This document shows positions 36,272 through 46,798 of a stretch of DNA of 64,000 nucleotides, piece after piece. The stretch's first letter is position 1. Every line of letters begins with the position of its first letter. Below the pieces are notes generated by a model. That model did no database searches. It was not told the DNA's origin and saw nothing but the letters and a program-made list of their open reading frames with translations. The DNA is from Geopsychrobacteraceae bacterium (GTDB lineage Bacteria > Desulfobacterota > Desulfuromonadia > Desulfuromonadales > Geopsychrobacteraceae). The position numbers and the translations under genes are program-made. The DNA is taken from NCBI GenBank assembly GCA_963676795.2, contig CAXXTB010000002.1, forward strand, positions 928,001 through 992,000. The letters run 5' to 3'.

Positions 36272-37537
36272 TTATAAAACCGAGGCCACGTAGGGGCCGC
36301 CCGGCATGGCGTAGATCTGTTCGCTGTTCTCGCACAGCTCGGCCAGGGTTGCGTCGAGGTCGCTGACCAGGGTGATGCCGAAGGGATCGACCTGCTCTTG
36401 CGTCAGCCCCGGGGCATAGAGCAGGATCCGGCCGGCTTTCTCAAGGGTCTGAAAATAGACCTGGGCTCCCCACTGGTCAATGACGAAATTCTCCGGATCG
36501 CTGTAGATGCGGCGGAATTCGCTTGGTGAGGCCTTGGCTGAATTGATGATCTCGCAGTAGCTCTTGCTACCTAAGCCCTCGCTGCAGCCGGCGATCATCA
36601 GGATGGTCCCGCCCGGTTTGACGATCTCACCGGCCGCGACCAGCCCCTTGGTGGCCTGATAGAAGAGGGCGTCGAGTGGGTAGCCGCCGCCGCTGGTGAT
36701 GACCAGATCGGCGGCTTCTCCGACATGCACAACCGAATTTTCTTCGGCTTTGCGGCAGCCGGCATTGAAGGCCTCGATCACATCGCCGGCGAAGACGGCC
36801 ACCGGCTGCTTGGCGTGATCGACGATGACGTTGACGATGAAGTTGACCCCCGCCTTGGCGCAGATTGCATTGATATGCTGGCGGAACGGGTTGTCTTCGA
36901 CGCGGGTGGTGGCCACCTTGGGGTGGTCGACCAGGGCGAAGGAGTGCATGAACTTCATGGTGTCAAAGCTGGAAATTCCCGGCAGGATCGATTTGCCGCC
37001 GCCGGAGAAACCGGCAAAGGGGTGTGGTTCGATCAGCCCGGTGAGGATCTTCAGCTCGGCATCGAGGTAATGGCCGTTGACCTCTATGCTCGCGCCGTCG
37101 ATGGTCATGATGTGGCGCAGGAGGTTCTTGTCTTCGCAGTCGTGGTTGATGATCCGGTAGTTGTCGGCGATCTCTGCACCGACCAGCTCGATCAGTTCGT
37201 CCCCAAGGTTGGGGCGGTGCATGCCGGTGGCGATCAGGATGGTGATCTTGTCACGGGCGATTCCGGCGTTTTCCAGGGTCGCCAGAAGTGGCGGCAGGAG
37301 CAGTTTGTTCGGCACCGGCCGGGTGATGTCGGAGATAACCACGCAGGCCGACTGCTTGCCACTGGCCAGCTCAGCCAGGGGCAGAGTGCCGATCGGGTTG
37401 ATCAGTACTTCGGCGATCTCTTCAGGCGACAGCCGTGAGGCATTGTGGCTGGCGCTCTGGATGATCCGGCAGCGGTTGTCAGCGATCGGCAACTCAATAT
37501 CCAGACTGTCGCGATGACAGGGAAACGCAATCTTCAT
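36272..37537 (-). CDS. larA: LarA-family nickel-pincer 2-hydroxy acid racemase/epimerase
   Basis: SDITRPVP, ATGMHR, EPHPFAGFSGGGKSILPG, GGYPLD. Confidence 0.88.
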   Translation of the reverse strand: MKIAFPCHRDSLDIELPIADNRCRIIQSASHNASRLSPEEIAEVLINPIGTLPLAELASGKQSACVVISDITRPVPNKLLLPPLLATLENAGIARDKITILIATGMHRPNLGDELIELVGAEIADNYRIINHDCEDKNLLRHIMTIDGASIEVNGHYLDAELKILTGLIEPHPFAGFSGGGKSILPGISSFDTMKFMHSFALVDHPKVATTRVEDNPFRQHINAICAKAGVNFIVNVIVDHAKQPVAVFAGDVIEAFNAGCRKAEENSVVHVGEAADLVITSGGGYPLDALFYQATKGLVAAGEIVKPGGTILMIAGCSEGLGSKSYCEIINSAKASPSEFRRIYSDPENFVIDQWGAQVYFQTLEKAGRILLYAPGLTQEQVDPFGITLVSDLDATLAELCENSEQIYAMPGGPYVASVL

Positions 37538-37546
37538 AAATTGATC

Positions 37547-38824
37547 TTACCTCAAAAACAGGTTCGGCAGCAGCAGGGAGATGGCCGGAATATAGGTCAC
37601 GGCCAGCAGGCAGAGCAGCAGCAGACCGAGGAAGGGGAGGACCCCCCTGACCACGGTTTTGATGCTTTCGCCGGTGACCCCCATGGAGACAAACAGGTTG
37701 AGTCCAAATGGCGGGGTGAGCATGCCGAACTCGATATTGAGGACCATGATGATGCCGAAATGGACCAGGTCGATGTTGTACCCCTGCAGGGTATCGAGAA
37801 ACAGCGGCGAGAGGATCAGCACCGCGCTGACACTGTCCATGAAACAGCCGAGCAAGAGCAGGAACAGGTTGATGACCAGCAGAAACAGCCAGGGGCTGTC
37901 GATGTGGCTCATGACAAAGTTGGCGACCAGCGCCGGAATCTCTTCCGAGGTCAGCAGCCAGTTGAAGGTCATCGCGCCGGCGAGCAGGAAGAGCAGGCAG
38001 GAGGCCATGATCGAGGCGTCCTTGCAGATCTCCGGTATTTCCAGAATGGTGCACTCGCGGTAGATGAACAGCTCGACGATCAGGGCATAGACGACGCTGA
38101 TGGCGGCCGCTTCGGTCGGGGTGAAGATGCCGCTGTAGATACCGCCGAGGACGATGATCGGCAGCAGAATCGCCCAGAAGCCTTCCTTGCCGGTGCGCAG
38201 GACTTCGCCCCAGGACGGTCTCTGCTCGATCTTCCAGTTGTTCTGCCGTGAGCGCAGCAGGGTATAGATGATCAGCACCACGCCGATCAGCAGTCCGGGC
38301 AGAATCCCGGCGAGAAACATCTCCTGAACCGAGACGTTCATGACCATGCAGTAGAGGATCATCGGGATCGACGGGGGAATGACGATCCCCAGCGAGCCGG
38401 AGGTGGTGATCAGACCGATGGAGAAACGCTTGTGGTAACCGGCTTTGACCAGGGCGGGGACCATGATCGAACCGATGGCGACCACGGTGGCCGGGCCGGA
38501 GCCGGAGATCGCGGCAAAGAAGATACAGGCCAGAACCCCGGAGATCCCCAGCCCCCCAGGGATCCAGCCGACCAGCGAATTGATGAAAGCGATCAGCCGC
38601 TTGGCGATGGCCCCCTTGGTCATGATGGTGCCGGCGAGAACGAAGAACGGGATCGCCAGCAGGATAAAGTTATCGAGCGAATTGAACAGCTGCTCGACCA
38701 CCGCCTGGGTCGGGGTGAAGGAGAAGAAGTAGAGGGCGATCATGGTGACCATGGTCAGCATGAAGCCGAGCGGCACCCCGGCCAGCATCATCACCACAAA
38801 ACAGATTGCAACGGCGGTCATCAT
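37547..38824 (-). CDS. dctM: TRAP transporter large permease
   Basis: AIPFFVLAG, ISGSGPA, IPPSIPMI, FTPTEAA, TPPFGLNLF. Confidence 0.93.
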   Translation of the reverse strand: MMTAVAICFVVMMLAGVPLGFMLTMVTMIALYFFSFTPTQAVVEQLFNSLDNFILLAIPFFVLAGTIMTKGAIAKRLIAFINSLVGWIPGGLGISGVLACIFFAAISGSGPATVVAIGSIMVPALVKAGYHKRFSIGLITTSGSLGIVIPPSIPMILYCMVMNVSVQEMFLAGILPGLLIGVVLIIYTLLRSRQNNWKIEQRPSWGEVLRTGKEGFWAILLPIIVLGGIYSGIFTPTEAAAISVVYALIVELFIYRECTILEIPEICKDASIMASCLLFLLAGAMTFNWLLTSEEIPALVANFVMSHIDSPWLFLLVINLFLLLLGCFMDSVSAVLILSPLFLDTLQGYNIDLVHFGIIMVLNIEFGMLTPPFGLNLFVSMGVTGESIKTVVRGVLPFLGLLLLCLLAVTYIPAISLLLPNLFLR

Positions 38825-39318
38825 GCTGGTTGCTCCTGCTTGTTGGTGTTTTTGCCGAGAAGCGCCAGAAGGCCCAGGCGATAAAAACGGATGGCCATAA
38901 TGAAACAGAAAAAGGGGAGCGGCAGATAGGCCAGATACATCGGCATCTGCATGGCCGCCGAGGTGTTGCCGTATTTCAGGTTGGTCTGAACCAGACCAAA
39001 GCCGTACCAGGCGAGGATCAGCAGAGCGCTGCCGCATACCAGACCGATCAGGACTTTAAGAATCCGCCCGATCAGCGGCGAGACGCTGGTGGACAGCAGG
39101 TCCATGGAGAAGTGCATCCCGTACTTGACCCCGAGAGACGCGCCGAGAAAGGTGGCGAAGATGCCGACATAACGACCGGCTTCCTCAAACCAGGTAAAGC
39201 TGTAGTCGAAACCGTAACGGCAGATGACCTGGATGACGGCGACAATCGCCAGGCCAAGAAAGGTCAGGCTCAGGACCAGTTCTTCGATGCGCCCGAGCAG
39301 GGTGAATAGCTGTTTCAT
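38821..39318 (-). CDS. dctQ: TRAP transporter small permease
   Basis: Four TM segments, QVICRY..WFEEAGRY. Confidence 0.9.
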   Translation of the reverse strand: MKQLFTLLGRIEELVLSLTFLGLAIVAVIQVICRYGFDYSFTWFEEAGRYVGIFATFLGASLGVKYGMHFSMDLLSTSVSPLIGRILKVLIGLVCGSALLILAWYGFGLVQTNLKYGNTSAAMQMPMYLAYLPLPFFCFIMAIRFYRLGLLALLGKNTNKQEQPA

Positions 39319-39332
39319 TGGTACTCCGAACG

Positions 39333-39368
39333 GACCAGGAGGGAGGGGTGTGCCCCTCCCTCCTGGTC
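39333..39368. other. Strong hairpin between dctP and dctQ (probable mRNA stability element)
   Basis: gaccaggagggagggg-tgtg-cccctccctcctggtc. Confidence 0.7.
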
Positions 39369-39406
39369 TGATTTGTTGCTGAATTTTGTGCTTGCCCGGA
39401 AAAGGC

Positions 39407-40423
39407 TTACTGCTTGTGCTCTTCGATCTTGGCGAGCATGAAGTCGAAGATATCGTCGCCGATCAGGCCGCGGTATTTGTTCCAGACCGGGGTCATGGCA
39501 ACACGGAATACCTCGCGCTCTTCCGGTGTCAGGTTGACCAGCTCGACATTGTTCTGCCTGCAGTATTCCTCGATCGAAATGCCCAGCTTCGGCAGGTTCT
39601 GTTTGATCTCGGCGTTACGTTTGCGGTTGACGTCGGTGGCGATCTTGGCCGCATCGCGCAGGATCTGCTGATTCTTCGGGCCGATCCTCTTCCAGAAGTC
39701 GGGATTGACGATGATGATGCACTCGGTCAGCGCGTGCTGGGTGTTGGTCACGTACTTGGTGACCTCGGGAAACTTCATCAGCACGGCCGTCATCAGCGGG
39801 TTTTCCTGGGCATCGATGACGCCGGTCTGCAGCGCGCTGTAAACCTCAGGGAAGGGAATGCCGACGCTCGATGCGCCGAGCTGGTCGAAGGTGTCGAGGT
39901 AAGCCGGGGAGTTCATGACCCGGACCTTGAGTCCCTTGATATCTTCAGGTTTATGAACCGGTCGCTTGGTGTTGGAAAAGTCGCGGATCTCGTTTTCGAC
40001 CCAGCCGATGCCGACAAAGCCCTTGGCCGGCAGGTAGGAGAAGATCTTCTCCTTGACCGCTTCGTCATCAAGAACCGCATAGGCGGTGGCACGATCCGGG
40101 AAGAGGAACGGCATGTCGAGAATCGCAGTCTCCGGGACGAAGTTCTGGAAGACGGCGGTGGTGACAGCGGCAATCGGCAGGCTGCCCGACTGGACCTGGG
40201 ACGCCATCGAACGTTCGTTGCCAAGCTGGCCGAGCGGGAAGGTGGCGATGTCGATCTTGCCGCCGGTCTGCTCGCGGACGTAATCGGCAAAGGCGTTCAG
40301 ACCGTCCGACATGCCGTGGAAGGTCGGAGCGATATGCCCCAACTTGACCTTGGCGGCCATCGCCGGTGTTGACAGGGTGACTGCGATCAGCATGAACAGC
40401 ATGCCTCTGATAATTTTTTTCAT
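39407..40423 (-). CDS. dctP: TRAP transporter substrate-binding protein
   Basis: Signal peptide, GLKVRVM, EVYSALQTGVIDAQEN. Confidence 0.93.
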   Translation of the reverse strand: MKKIIRGMLFMLIAVTLSTPAMAAKVKLGHIAPTFHGMSDGLNAFADYVREQTGGKIDIATFPLGQLGNERSMASQVQSGSLPIAAVTTAVFQNFVPETAILDMPFLFPDRATAYAVLDDEAVKEKIFSYLPAKGFVGIGWVENEIRDFSNTKRPVHKPEDIKGLKVRVMNSPAYLDTFDQLGASSVGIPFPEVYSALQTGVIDAQENPLMTAVLMKFPEVTKYVTNTQHALTECIIIVNPDFWKRIGPKNQQILRDAAKIATDVNRKRNAEIKQNLPKLGISIEEYCRQNNVELVNLTPEEREVFRVAMTPVWNKYRGLIGDDIFDFMLAKIEEHKQ

Positions 40424-40770
40424 CTTGCTACCTCCCGGTTTGCCATTAAAAAATATGTCCAAAGAAACGTTTATAATAGCGCTTGTTTGGTCTTGAGAAA
40501 CTTATGTTTTGTCAAATGAATAAGAACGTTGTTTTAAGTAAATGCTGCGTGAGTTCAGGGGGTTGCAAGATAATATAGGGGCTGGCAATAGTCAAGGTTG
40601 TTGCATAGCTCATCGTTTCGACATATTTTGTTTGATGGCAGGAAAATTATTTACCTGGTTATCCGCCCGGCTTCAGTTTTTCACTATTTGCGGGGCTGTT
40701 GACCATCAGTGGGCGGGGTAAGGTGAACTGTCGTGGTATGGTTTTATAAAAACGAAAGGCGTCAATAGCG

Positions 40771-42138
40771 ATGGTTGAACCAAAGGATACCCAGTCACCG
40801 ACCGAGGCCATTCTGGAGAGTATCTCCGACGGGGTCTTTACCGTCGATGGCCAGTGGCGGATTACCTCCTTCAACCGTGCTGCAGAGGAGATTACCGGTG
40901 TTCCGCGTGAGGAAGCGATCGGCCGGATCTGCGCGGACGTCTTCCGCTCCAGCATGTGCGGCGATGGTTGCCCCTTGAAACAGACCCTCAAAACCGGCAA
41001 GCCGCTGATCGGCATCACCGGTTATATTATCGATGCCGACGGGGAACGGATTCCGATCAGTATTTCTACCGCCGTGTTGCGTGACGGAGACGGCCGGGTG
41101 ATCGGTGGTGCCGAGACCTTCCGCGATCTGTCTGAGGTCGAGGCTTTACGCCAGGAGCTGGAAACCCGCTTCCGGGTCGGCGACCTGACCAGTCACAGTC
41201 CGTTGATGCAACGGATCTTCGAGGTTGTTCCGGCGATCGCCGCCAGCCCGAGTACGGTTCTGATTCTTGGTGAAACAGGAACCGGCAAGGAGGTCATGGC
41301 GCGGACCATCCATGAGCTGAGTCCGCGCAAGGACGGTCCCTTCATCGCTGTCAATTGTGGCGCTCTTCCGGACAACCTGCTTGAATCGGAACTGTTCGGT
41401 TACAAGGCCGGTGCTTTCACCGGGGCCCAGAAGGACAAGCCCGGGCGCTTTGCCCTGGCCAGCGGCGGGACACTGTTTCTGGATGAGATCGGCGAGGTCA
41501 GTCCGGCCCTGCAGGTCAGGCTGTTGCGCGTACTGCAGGAACGCTGCTATGAACCGCTCGGAGGGACCTCTTCCGAGCCGGCCGATGTCCGGGTGATTGT
41601 CGCAACCAACAGGGATCTGAGCGAGCAGGTGCGCAGCAAGGAATTCCGGGAAGATCTCTACTACCGGATCAATGTGGTGCGTATCGAACTGCCGCCGCTG
41701 CGCAACCGCAAAGAGGATATCCCGCTGCTCGCCGAGCAGTTTGTCGCCCGTTTCAACCGTCTGCAGAATAAGCAGATAGAGGGCGTTTCCGCAGAGGCCC
41801 TGTCGCTGTTGATGGCTCATCACTGGCCGGGGAATATCCGTGAACTGGAAAATGTCATCGAACGGGCCTTTGTCCTCTGTGTTGGTGGCATGATCAGTAT
41901 TGCCCATCTGCCTGCTGAGATGACAGCTCATAGCGCTGCTGCGGCAGGTACGGATATCCGTACTGCTCATGATGTCCTCGATGTCCAGGCGATTTACGCG
42001 GCCCTGGAGCGTAATTCATTTAATCGCTCAGCTGCCGCGCAGGAGTTGGGTATCCACAAGACCACCCTGTTCCGGCGGATGAAGAAGTTGGGGATGGCCC
42101 TGCCCGAAGAGGATGGCCGGACAACCCGCAAGTCTTAA
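40771..42138 (+). CDS. PAS + sigma54-interacting Fis-family activator
   Basis: PAS domain; [25 protein letters not shown]-terminal HTH. Confidence 0.93.
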   Translation: MVEPKDTQSPTEAILESISDGVFTVDGQWRITSFNRAAEEITGVPREEAIGRICADVFRSSMCGDGCPLKQTLKTGKPLIGITGYIIDADGERIPISISTAVLRDGDGRVIGGAETFRDLSEVEALRQELETRFRVGDLTSHSPLMQRIFEVVPAIAASPSTVLILGETGTGKEVMARTIHELSPRKDGPFIAVNCGALPDNLLESELFGYKAGAFTGAQKDKPGRFALASGGTLFLDEIGEVSPALQVRLLRVLQERCYEPLGGTSSEPADVRVIVATNRDLSEQVRSKEFREDLYYRINVVRIELPPLRNRKEDIPLLAEQFVARFNRLQNKQIEGVSAEALSLLMAHHWPGNIRELENVIERAFVLCVGGMISIAHLPAEMTAHSAAAAGTDIRTAHDVLDVQAIYAALERNSFNRSAAAQELGIHKTTLFRRMKKLGMALPEEDGRTTRKS

Positions 42139-42160
42139 GGGGGGCGATTCAAAACAGCTG

Positions 42161-42656
42161 AAGATCAAAATCTCGGGGTCGCGGCCCCGAACGCCGCCTT
42201 GCTTTTTGACCGGGGCCTCAAAAAGCAAGACAAAAACGCCCATTTATCTTGTCGACATTGTTTCTGCGTAGCATCCCTCCAGCTCACATCATCACGCCCC
42301 AAGATGGGCAAGCGCATCAACGGGCAGAACCGCAGAAACTCCTTTGGTGTTTCGATAAATAGAACCTGACAATGGCAATGCCTGTTCCATGAATATCAAG
42401 CCGGGAAGCGGCTTTGCGATGGCGCGGATCGAGGCGCGCAGCGACGCGTCTGAGCGTGCCGAGACTAGCCGCCCAACAGCTACGCAGAGCACCACGAACA
42501 ATTTTCGTCAGTGATTTCAGACGCTTTTTTGGGTTCCGTTTTCTTTGCCGTCACAAAGAAAATGAACCCGGCTGGCGGGCCGGGACCCGCCGACTTTAGC
42601 CTTTATTAAACAGACCTTCTCAAGATCAAAACCTCGGGGTCTCGGCCCCGAACGCC
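42161..42656. repeat. Composite family-B element: copy 2 (42396-42593) bracketed by 35-bp direct repeats
   Basis: aagatcaaaaYctcggggtcKcggccccgaacgcc at 42161-42195 and 42622-42656. Confidence 0.85.
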
Positions 42657-42670
42657 ATCTGATAAAGAGG

Positions 42671-42728
42671 CAGGGTAGCGAAATGGCTACCCTGTGCAAT
42701 CGCCATTCATTGCATATCCGCTACCCTG
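42671..42728. promoter_or_regulatory. Candidate enhancer (UAS) for the upstream activator
   Basis: CAGGGTAGC-N6-GCTACCCTG plus a second GCTACCCTG half-site, about 100 bp upstream of a sigma54 promoter. Confidence 0.6.
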
Positions 42729-42811
42729 TCTCTTTGGGACAGACCCTGTTATCTGAGAATATCTTCAGCAAATACAATGAGTTGAAATTGTTTTTTGAGG
42801 TTTTCTGAAAC

Positions 42812-42828
42812 TTGGCTCGCTCTATGCT
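42812..42828 (+). promoter_or_regulatory. sigma54 (-24/-12) promoter
   Basis: TTGGCTCGCTCTATGCT, GG-N10-GC. Confidence 0.8.
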
Positions 42829-42881
42829 TTTTCAAATAGCTGAAGAGAGCTGAAGAGAGCTGAAAGGAGCTGACAGGTTTT

Positions 42882-43478
42882 ATGAAAACCGCATTTTCAT
42901 ATTGGAACAAGCGCATCGCTCCGATGTTTGATACGGCACTGCAGGTGCGGCTTGTTGAAGCCGAGGCCGGGAAGGTTGTCGGTGATCAACTCATGACAAT
43001 GTCGGCCTTGTCACCTGCGCAAAGGATTGTCGAGCTGCGGGCCGCTGGGGTCGAATCCCTGGTCTGCGGTGCTGTTTCCAAGGGACTGCGGGGCATGCTG
43101 GTCAGCTATGGAATCCAGGTTGTCCCCTTTGTGGCCGGCGACCTGGATGAAATCGTCGCAGCCTGGATCAATGGCCGGCTGGAGCCTGAAAGTTTTGCCA
43201 TGCCGGGGTGCGGAGGACGCCGCAGGTGTCTGACAGGAGGAACTATGGATAAAAGAGGCTTTGAGCCCGGCCGGGGCGGTAAGGCTGGCCGCGGCGCTGG
43301 AGGCGGTGGCAACCGTCAGTCTGGACGTGGCGCTGGCCGCGCCAGCGGGGGGAGTAGACCTGGATCTGCCGGAATGTGCCGGTGTTTGAGCTGCGGCCAC
43401 GCGGAGCCGCATGAAACTGGTGTGCCGTGCTGGCAGAAAAGCTGTCCGGTCTGCGGCAACGCCATGACCAGGCAATAA
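42882..43478 (+). CDS. NifB/NifX-family protein with Gly-rich linker and C-terminal Cys cluster
   Basis: RIAPMFDTA, LVCGAVS, FAMPGC; CRCLSCG...PCWQKSCPVC. Confidence 0.8.
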   Translation: MKTAFSYWNKRIAPMFDTALQVRLVEAEAGKVVGDQLMTMSALSPAQRIVELRAAGVESLVCGAVSKGLRGMLVSYGIQVVPFVAGDLDEIVAAWINGRLEPESFAMPGCGGRRRCLTGGTMDKRGFEPGRGGKAGRGAGGGGNRQSGRGAGRASGGSRPGSAGMCRCLSCGHAEPHETGVPCWQKSCPVCGNAMTRQ

Positions 43479-43583
43479 TCGGGATCGTGCGAGGCGTGAG
43501 ATCCGCCTGTTACGCACGGCATGCCGCAGTGATTGAGTTATTGCGGCGGAATAAACCAATAGAAGAAGGAAAGGAGGTCAGTC

Positions 43584-43910
43584 ATGCCAAGAGGTGACAG
43601 ATCAGGACCAGCGGGACAAGGACCAATGACAGGACGGAGAGCCGGTTTCTGCACGGGAGCCGGAGCCCCTGGATACACGGCCGGGCGCGGTGGCGGTTTC
43701 TGGGGCGGCGGTTTCAACTGTGGAGGCGGCCGTGGCCGGCGCAACATGTTTTACGCAACCGGCCGGCCGGGGTGGCAGCGCAACGATGCCCCGCCAGTGG
43801 CCAACGGGGCTGGAGATGAGAAAAACTGGCTGAAGAATCAGGCTGACGCCCTGCAGACGGAACTGCGTTCCATCGAGCGGCGCCTCAAGGACCTCGAATC
43901 TGCTGAATAA
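43584..43910 (+). CDS. DUF5320 family protein
   Basis: MPRGDRSGPAGQGPMTGRRAGFC; C-terminal coiled coil. Confidence 0.85.
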   Translation: MPRGDRSGPAGQGPMTGRRAGFCTGAGAPGYTAGRGGGFWGGGFNCGGGRGRRNMFYATGRPGWQRNDAPPVANGAGDEKNWLKNQADALQTELRSIERRLKDLESAE

Positions 43911-44112
43911 GCAGAAGGCGCCGGGTTTGTAATTCTAGGTTTGCCGTAACAGGATACACAACCGGCTACGGCATACGCCCCCGTTAGCGGATGGCTCCAT
44001 TGCTCCATCTGCTGGGAGGCTGTCGGGCTTACATGGATCTGCTGCAAAACCATGTAAAGCCCGACAGCCTCCTCTTGGAGGGGCTTTATTTTGATTGAGA
44101 GGACTTGGAACG

Positions 44113-44475
44113 ATGAAGATTGCATTTACGACTGCGGGGGAGGATCTGCAGGCAGCCCTCGACCGCCGTTTTGGCCGGGCTCCCGGTTTCCTGGTTGTCG
44201 ATACGGCAACCGAAAGCTGTGAATATGTTGCCAATACCCAGAACCTGAATGCTGCCCAGGGGGCAGGTATTCAGTCGGGGCAAACCATTGCCCGGCTTGG
44301 GGTGGAGGCGTTGGTCTCCGGTCATGTCGGGCCGAAGGCCTTCCGGGTCCTGTCTGCCGCCGGCGTCAGGATCTACAACACAGAGGCCGCAACGGTTGGT
44401 GAGGCGCTTGAACTGTTACGCAGCGGCCAGCTGGCTGAGGCGGATTCAGCGGATGTCGAGAGTCACTGGGTCTAG
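44113..44475 (+). CDS. NifB/NifX-family protein
   Basis: RFGRAPGF, GAGIQ, GHVGPKAF. Confidence 0.9.
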   Translation: MKIAFTTAGEDLQAALDRRFGRAPGFLVVDTATESCEYVANTQNLNAAQGAGIQSGQTIARLGVEALVSGHVGPKAFRVLSAAGVRIYNTEAATVGEALELLRSGQLAEADSADVESHWV

Positions 44476-44524
44476 CCACAGCGGCTGACCCGGCCGTTTA
44501 ACAAGCTTGATAGAGGTTGTGGAA

Positions 44525-45385
44525 ATGAATATTGCAATAGCTTCGGGAAAAGGCGGGACAGGCAAGACGACCGTTTCCGTGAACCTGGCAAAGGTCTACG
44601 GCGCTGAGGTGCAGCTGCTTGATTGTGACGTGGAGGAGCCAAACGCCCATCTGTTTCTGCAGGGAAAGCCTGTAGGGGAGAACGTTGTCAACATGCTTGT
44701 TCCGGAGGTTGATGCGGCGTTGTGCAATGGCTGTGGCATCTGCGGCCGTTTTTGTGAATTCAACGCGATCGTCTCCTTCGGGACTTCGCCGCTGCTCTTT
44801 CCGGAACTCTGCCATGGCTGTGGTGGCTGTGTCATGGTCTGTCCGCAGGATGCCCTGCACGAAATTGAAAAACGTATCGGGGTGGTCGAAGAGTCCCGGG
44901 CGGGACATATCTCTCTGATTCGGGGATTGCTCGATATCGGTGTCGCGATGGCGCCACCACTGATCAAGCAGGTGAAAAAGCGTCAGCAGGACGGTGTCCT
45001 GACGATTCTGGATGCTCCTCCAGGAACCTCCTGCCCGGTGATTGCGACCATCAAGGATGTTGATTTTGTCGTGCTGGTCACCGAACCGACCCCCTTTGGT
45101 CTCAATGACCTGACCCTGGCCGTGGCTATGGTCCGCGACCTGGATCTGCCCTTTGGCGTTGTGGTCAACCGCATGGGGATGGGTGACGACCGGATCCAGC
45201 GTTTCTGTGAGCAGGAGGAGATCCCGATCCTGCTCGAGATCCCCGAGGACCGGCAGATTGCCGAAGCCTATTCGCGCGGAGAACTGCTGGTCGATGTCCT
45301 GCCACAATACCGGGAACTGTTTCACGGGCTGATCGAGAAGCTTATCAATCTTAAAAATGTTGAAGCTCAGGTCTGTTGCTGCTGA
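44525..45385 (+). CDS. MinD/ParA-like P-loop ATPase with inserted 2x[4Fe-4S] domain
   Basis: ASGKGGTGKTT, DCDVEEPN, CNGCGIC, CHGCGGC, DAPPGTSCP. Confidence 0.9.
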   Translation: MNIAIASGKGGTGKTTVSVNLAKVYGAEVQLLDCDVEEPNAHLFLQGKPVGENVVNMLVPEVDAALCNGCGICGRFCEFNAIVSFGTSPLLFPELCHGCGGCVMVCPQDALHEIEKRIGVVEESRAGHISLIRGLLDIGVAMAPPLIKQVKKRQQDGVLTILDAPPGTSCPVIATIKDVDFVVLVTEPTPFGLNDLTLAVAMVRDLDLPFGVVVNRMGMGDDRIQRFCEQEEIPILLEIPEDRQIAEAYSRGELLVDVLPQYRELFHGLIEKLINLKNVEAQVCCC

Positions 45386-45491
45386 TCCCTGTGAGAACCC
45401 TGTTCCTGCCTCTGTGATCAGCACGGCAGTTGATGAGCGGGCCTCTGGCAGGACAGAGCTGGAATGCACAACTATAAAGGATGAACTTGAA

Positions 45492-46370
45492 ATGAAGGAA
45501 CTTGTCATTATCAGCGGCAAGGGCGGAACCGGCAAAACCAGCGTGACCGCATCGTTTGCCGCGCTTGCGGAGAAGCCGGTGCTGGCCGATTGCGACGTGG
45601 ATGCCGCGGATCTGTTTCTGGTGCTTTCACCTGACATTGTCGAGCGTCACGACTTCTACAGCGGCCATGAAGCGGTCATCCGCGCTGAGCAGTGCAGTAG
45701 CTGCGGAACCTGCAAAGAATTCTGTCGCTTTGATGCCATCAGAATCGACCGGACAGCTGCAAAACCTGTGTATTCGGTTGACCCGGTGTCCTGTGAAGGC
45801 TGTGGCGTCTGTGTTGAATTCTGTCCTGAAAAGGCGATCGATTTTCCCGAGCGGCTCTGCGGTGAATGGATGGTCTCGGAAACGCGTTGCGGAACGATGG
45901 TTCATGCCAAGCTGGGGGTCGCGGCAGAGAATTCGGGGAAACTGGTTGCGACCGTACGCAAAGAAGCTCAGCTGGCACTGCTCAACAGTGACAGCTCATT
46001 GATCATTGTTGACGGCCCTCCCGGTATCGGCTGTCCGGTCATCGCTTCACTCTCCGGGGCGACCCTGGTTCTGGTCGTCACCGAGCCGACCCTCTCCGGC
46101 GAACACGATATGGAACGCGTTATGGCCCTGGCCGGTCATTTCAAACTGCCTGTCGCGGTCTGTGTCAACAAGTGGGACCTGAATCCCGACGTGACGCAGC
46201 GCATCGAAGCCAAGGCTTTGCAGGCCGGAGCAACCCTGGCCGGGCGAATTCGTTACGATCGTCAGGTCTCTGTGGCTCAGATGCAGAAACTGGCCGTCGT
46301 TGAAACCGACGCCCCCAGCGCGGAGGATTTACGCGGGGTCTGGAACCGGGTTCAGGCCATCCTGAACTGA
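45492..46370 (+). CDS. MinD/ParA-like P-loop ATPase with inserted 2x[4Fe-4S] domain (paralog)
   Basis: ISGKGGTGKT, DCDVDAAD, CSSCGTC, CEGCGVC, DGPPGIGCP. Confidence 0.9.
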   Translation: MKELVIISGKGGTGKTSVTASFAALAEKPVLADCDVDAADLFLVLSPDIVERHDFYSGHEAVIRAEQCSSCGTCKEFCRFDAIRIDRTAAKPVYSVDPVSCEGCGVCVEFCPEKAIDFPERLCGEWMVSETRCGTMVHAKLGVAAENSGKLVATVRKEAQLALLNSDSSLIIVDGPPGIGCPVIASLSGATLVLVVTEPTLSGEHDMERVMALAGHFKLPVAVCVNKWDLNPDVTQRIEAKALQAGATLAGRIRYDRQVSVAQMQKLAVVETDAPSAEDLRGVWNRVQAILN

Positions 46371-46444
46371 TGATGCAACGAATGAGTGCCGCAGGGACTG
46401 ATTGTTATGCGGTGTCTTTAATCACCAAAAGGAGAACATAAAAG

Positions 46445-46786
46445 ATGAGAAAAATTGCAATCCCCATGGCCGAAGGCCGACTGTCCATGCATTTTGGCCA
46501 CTGTGCTGAGTTTGCGCTGATCGACATCAACATGGCTGAGAAGAAGATCCTCAAGGTTGAGAGCATTGCTGCTCCGCCACATGAACCGGGCCTGCTGCCG
46601 AAGTACCTGAGCGAGCAGGGTGCCAACATGATTATCGCCGGCGGCATGGGCCAGCGTGCACAGGGGCTGTTTCTGCAGAACGGTATCGATGTTGTTGTCG
46701 GTGCTCCGGCTGAGACACCGGAAGCCTTGGTTACCAGCTACATGGCCGGTACTCTGCAGTCCGGCGTCAATATGTGCGATCACTGA
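46445..46786 (+). CDS. NifB/NifX-family protein
   Basis: HFGHCAEF, PPHEPG, AGGMG, C-terminal NMCDH. Confidence 0.9.
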   Translation: MRKIAIPMAEGRLSMHFGHCAEFALIDINMAEKKILKVESIAAPPHEPGLLPKYLSEQGANMIIAGGMGQRAQGLFLQNGIDVVVGAPAETPEALVTSYMAGTLQSGVNMCDH

Positions 46787-46798
46787 TCTCAACTGACA

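Noticed and set aside
42838..42873. 10-bp tandem repeat (agctgaagag) in the leader of the NifX operon
   Set aside because: Real but only about 3.5 units, with no evidence of function or phase variation.
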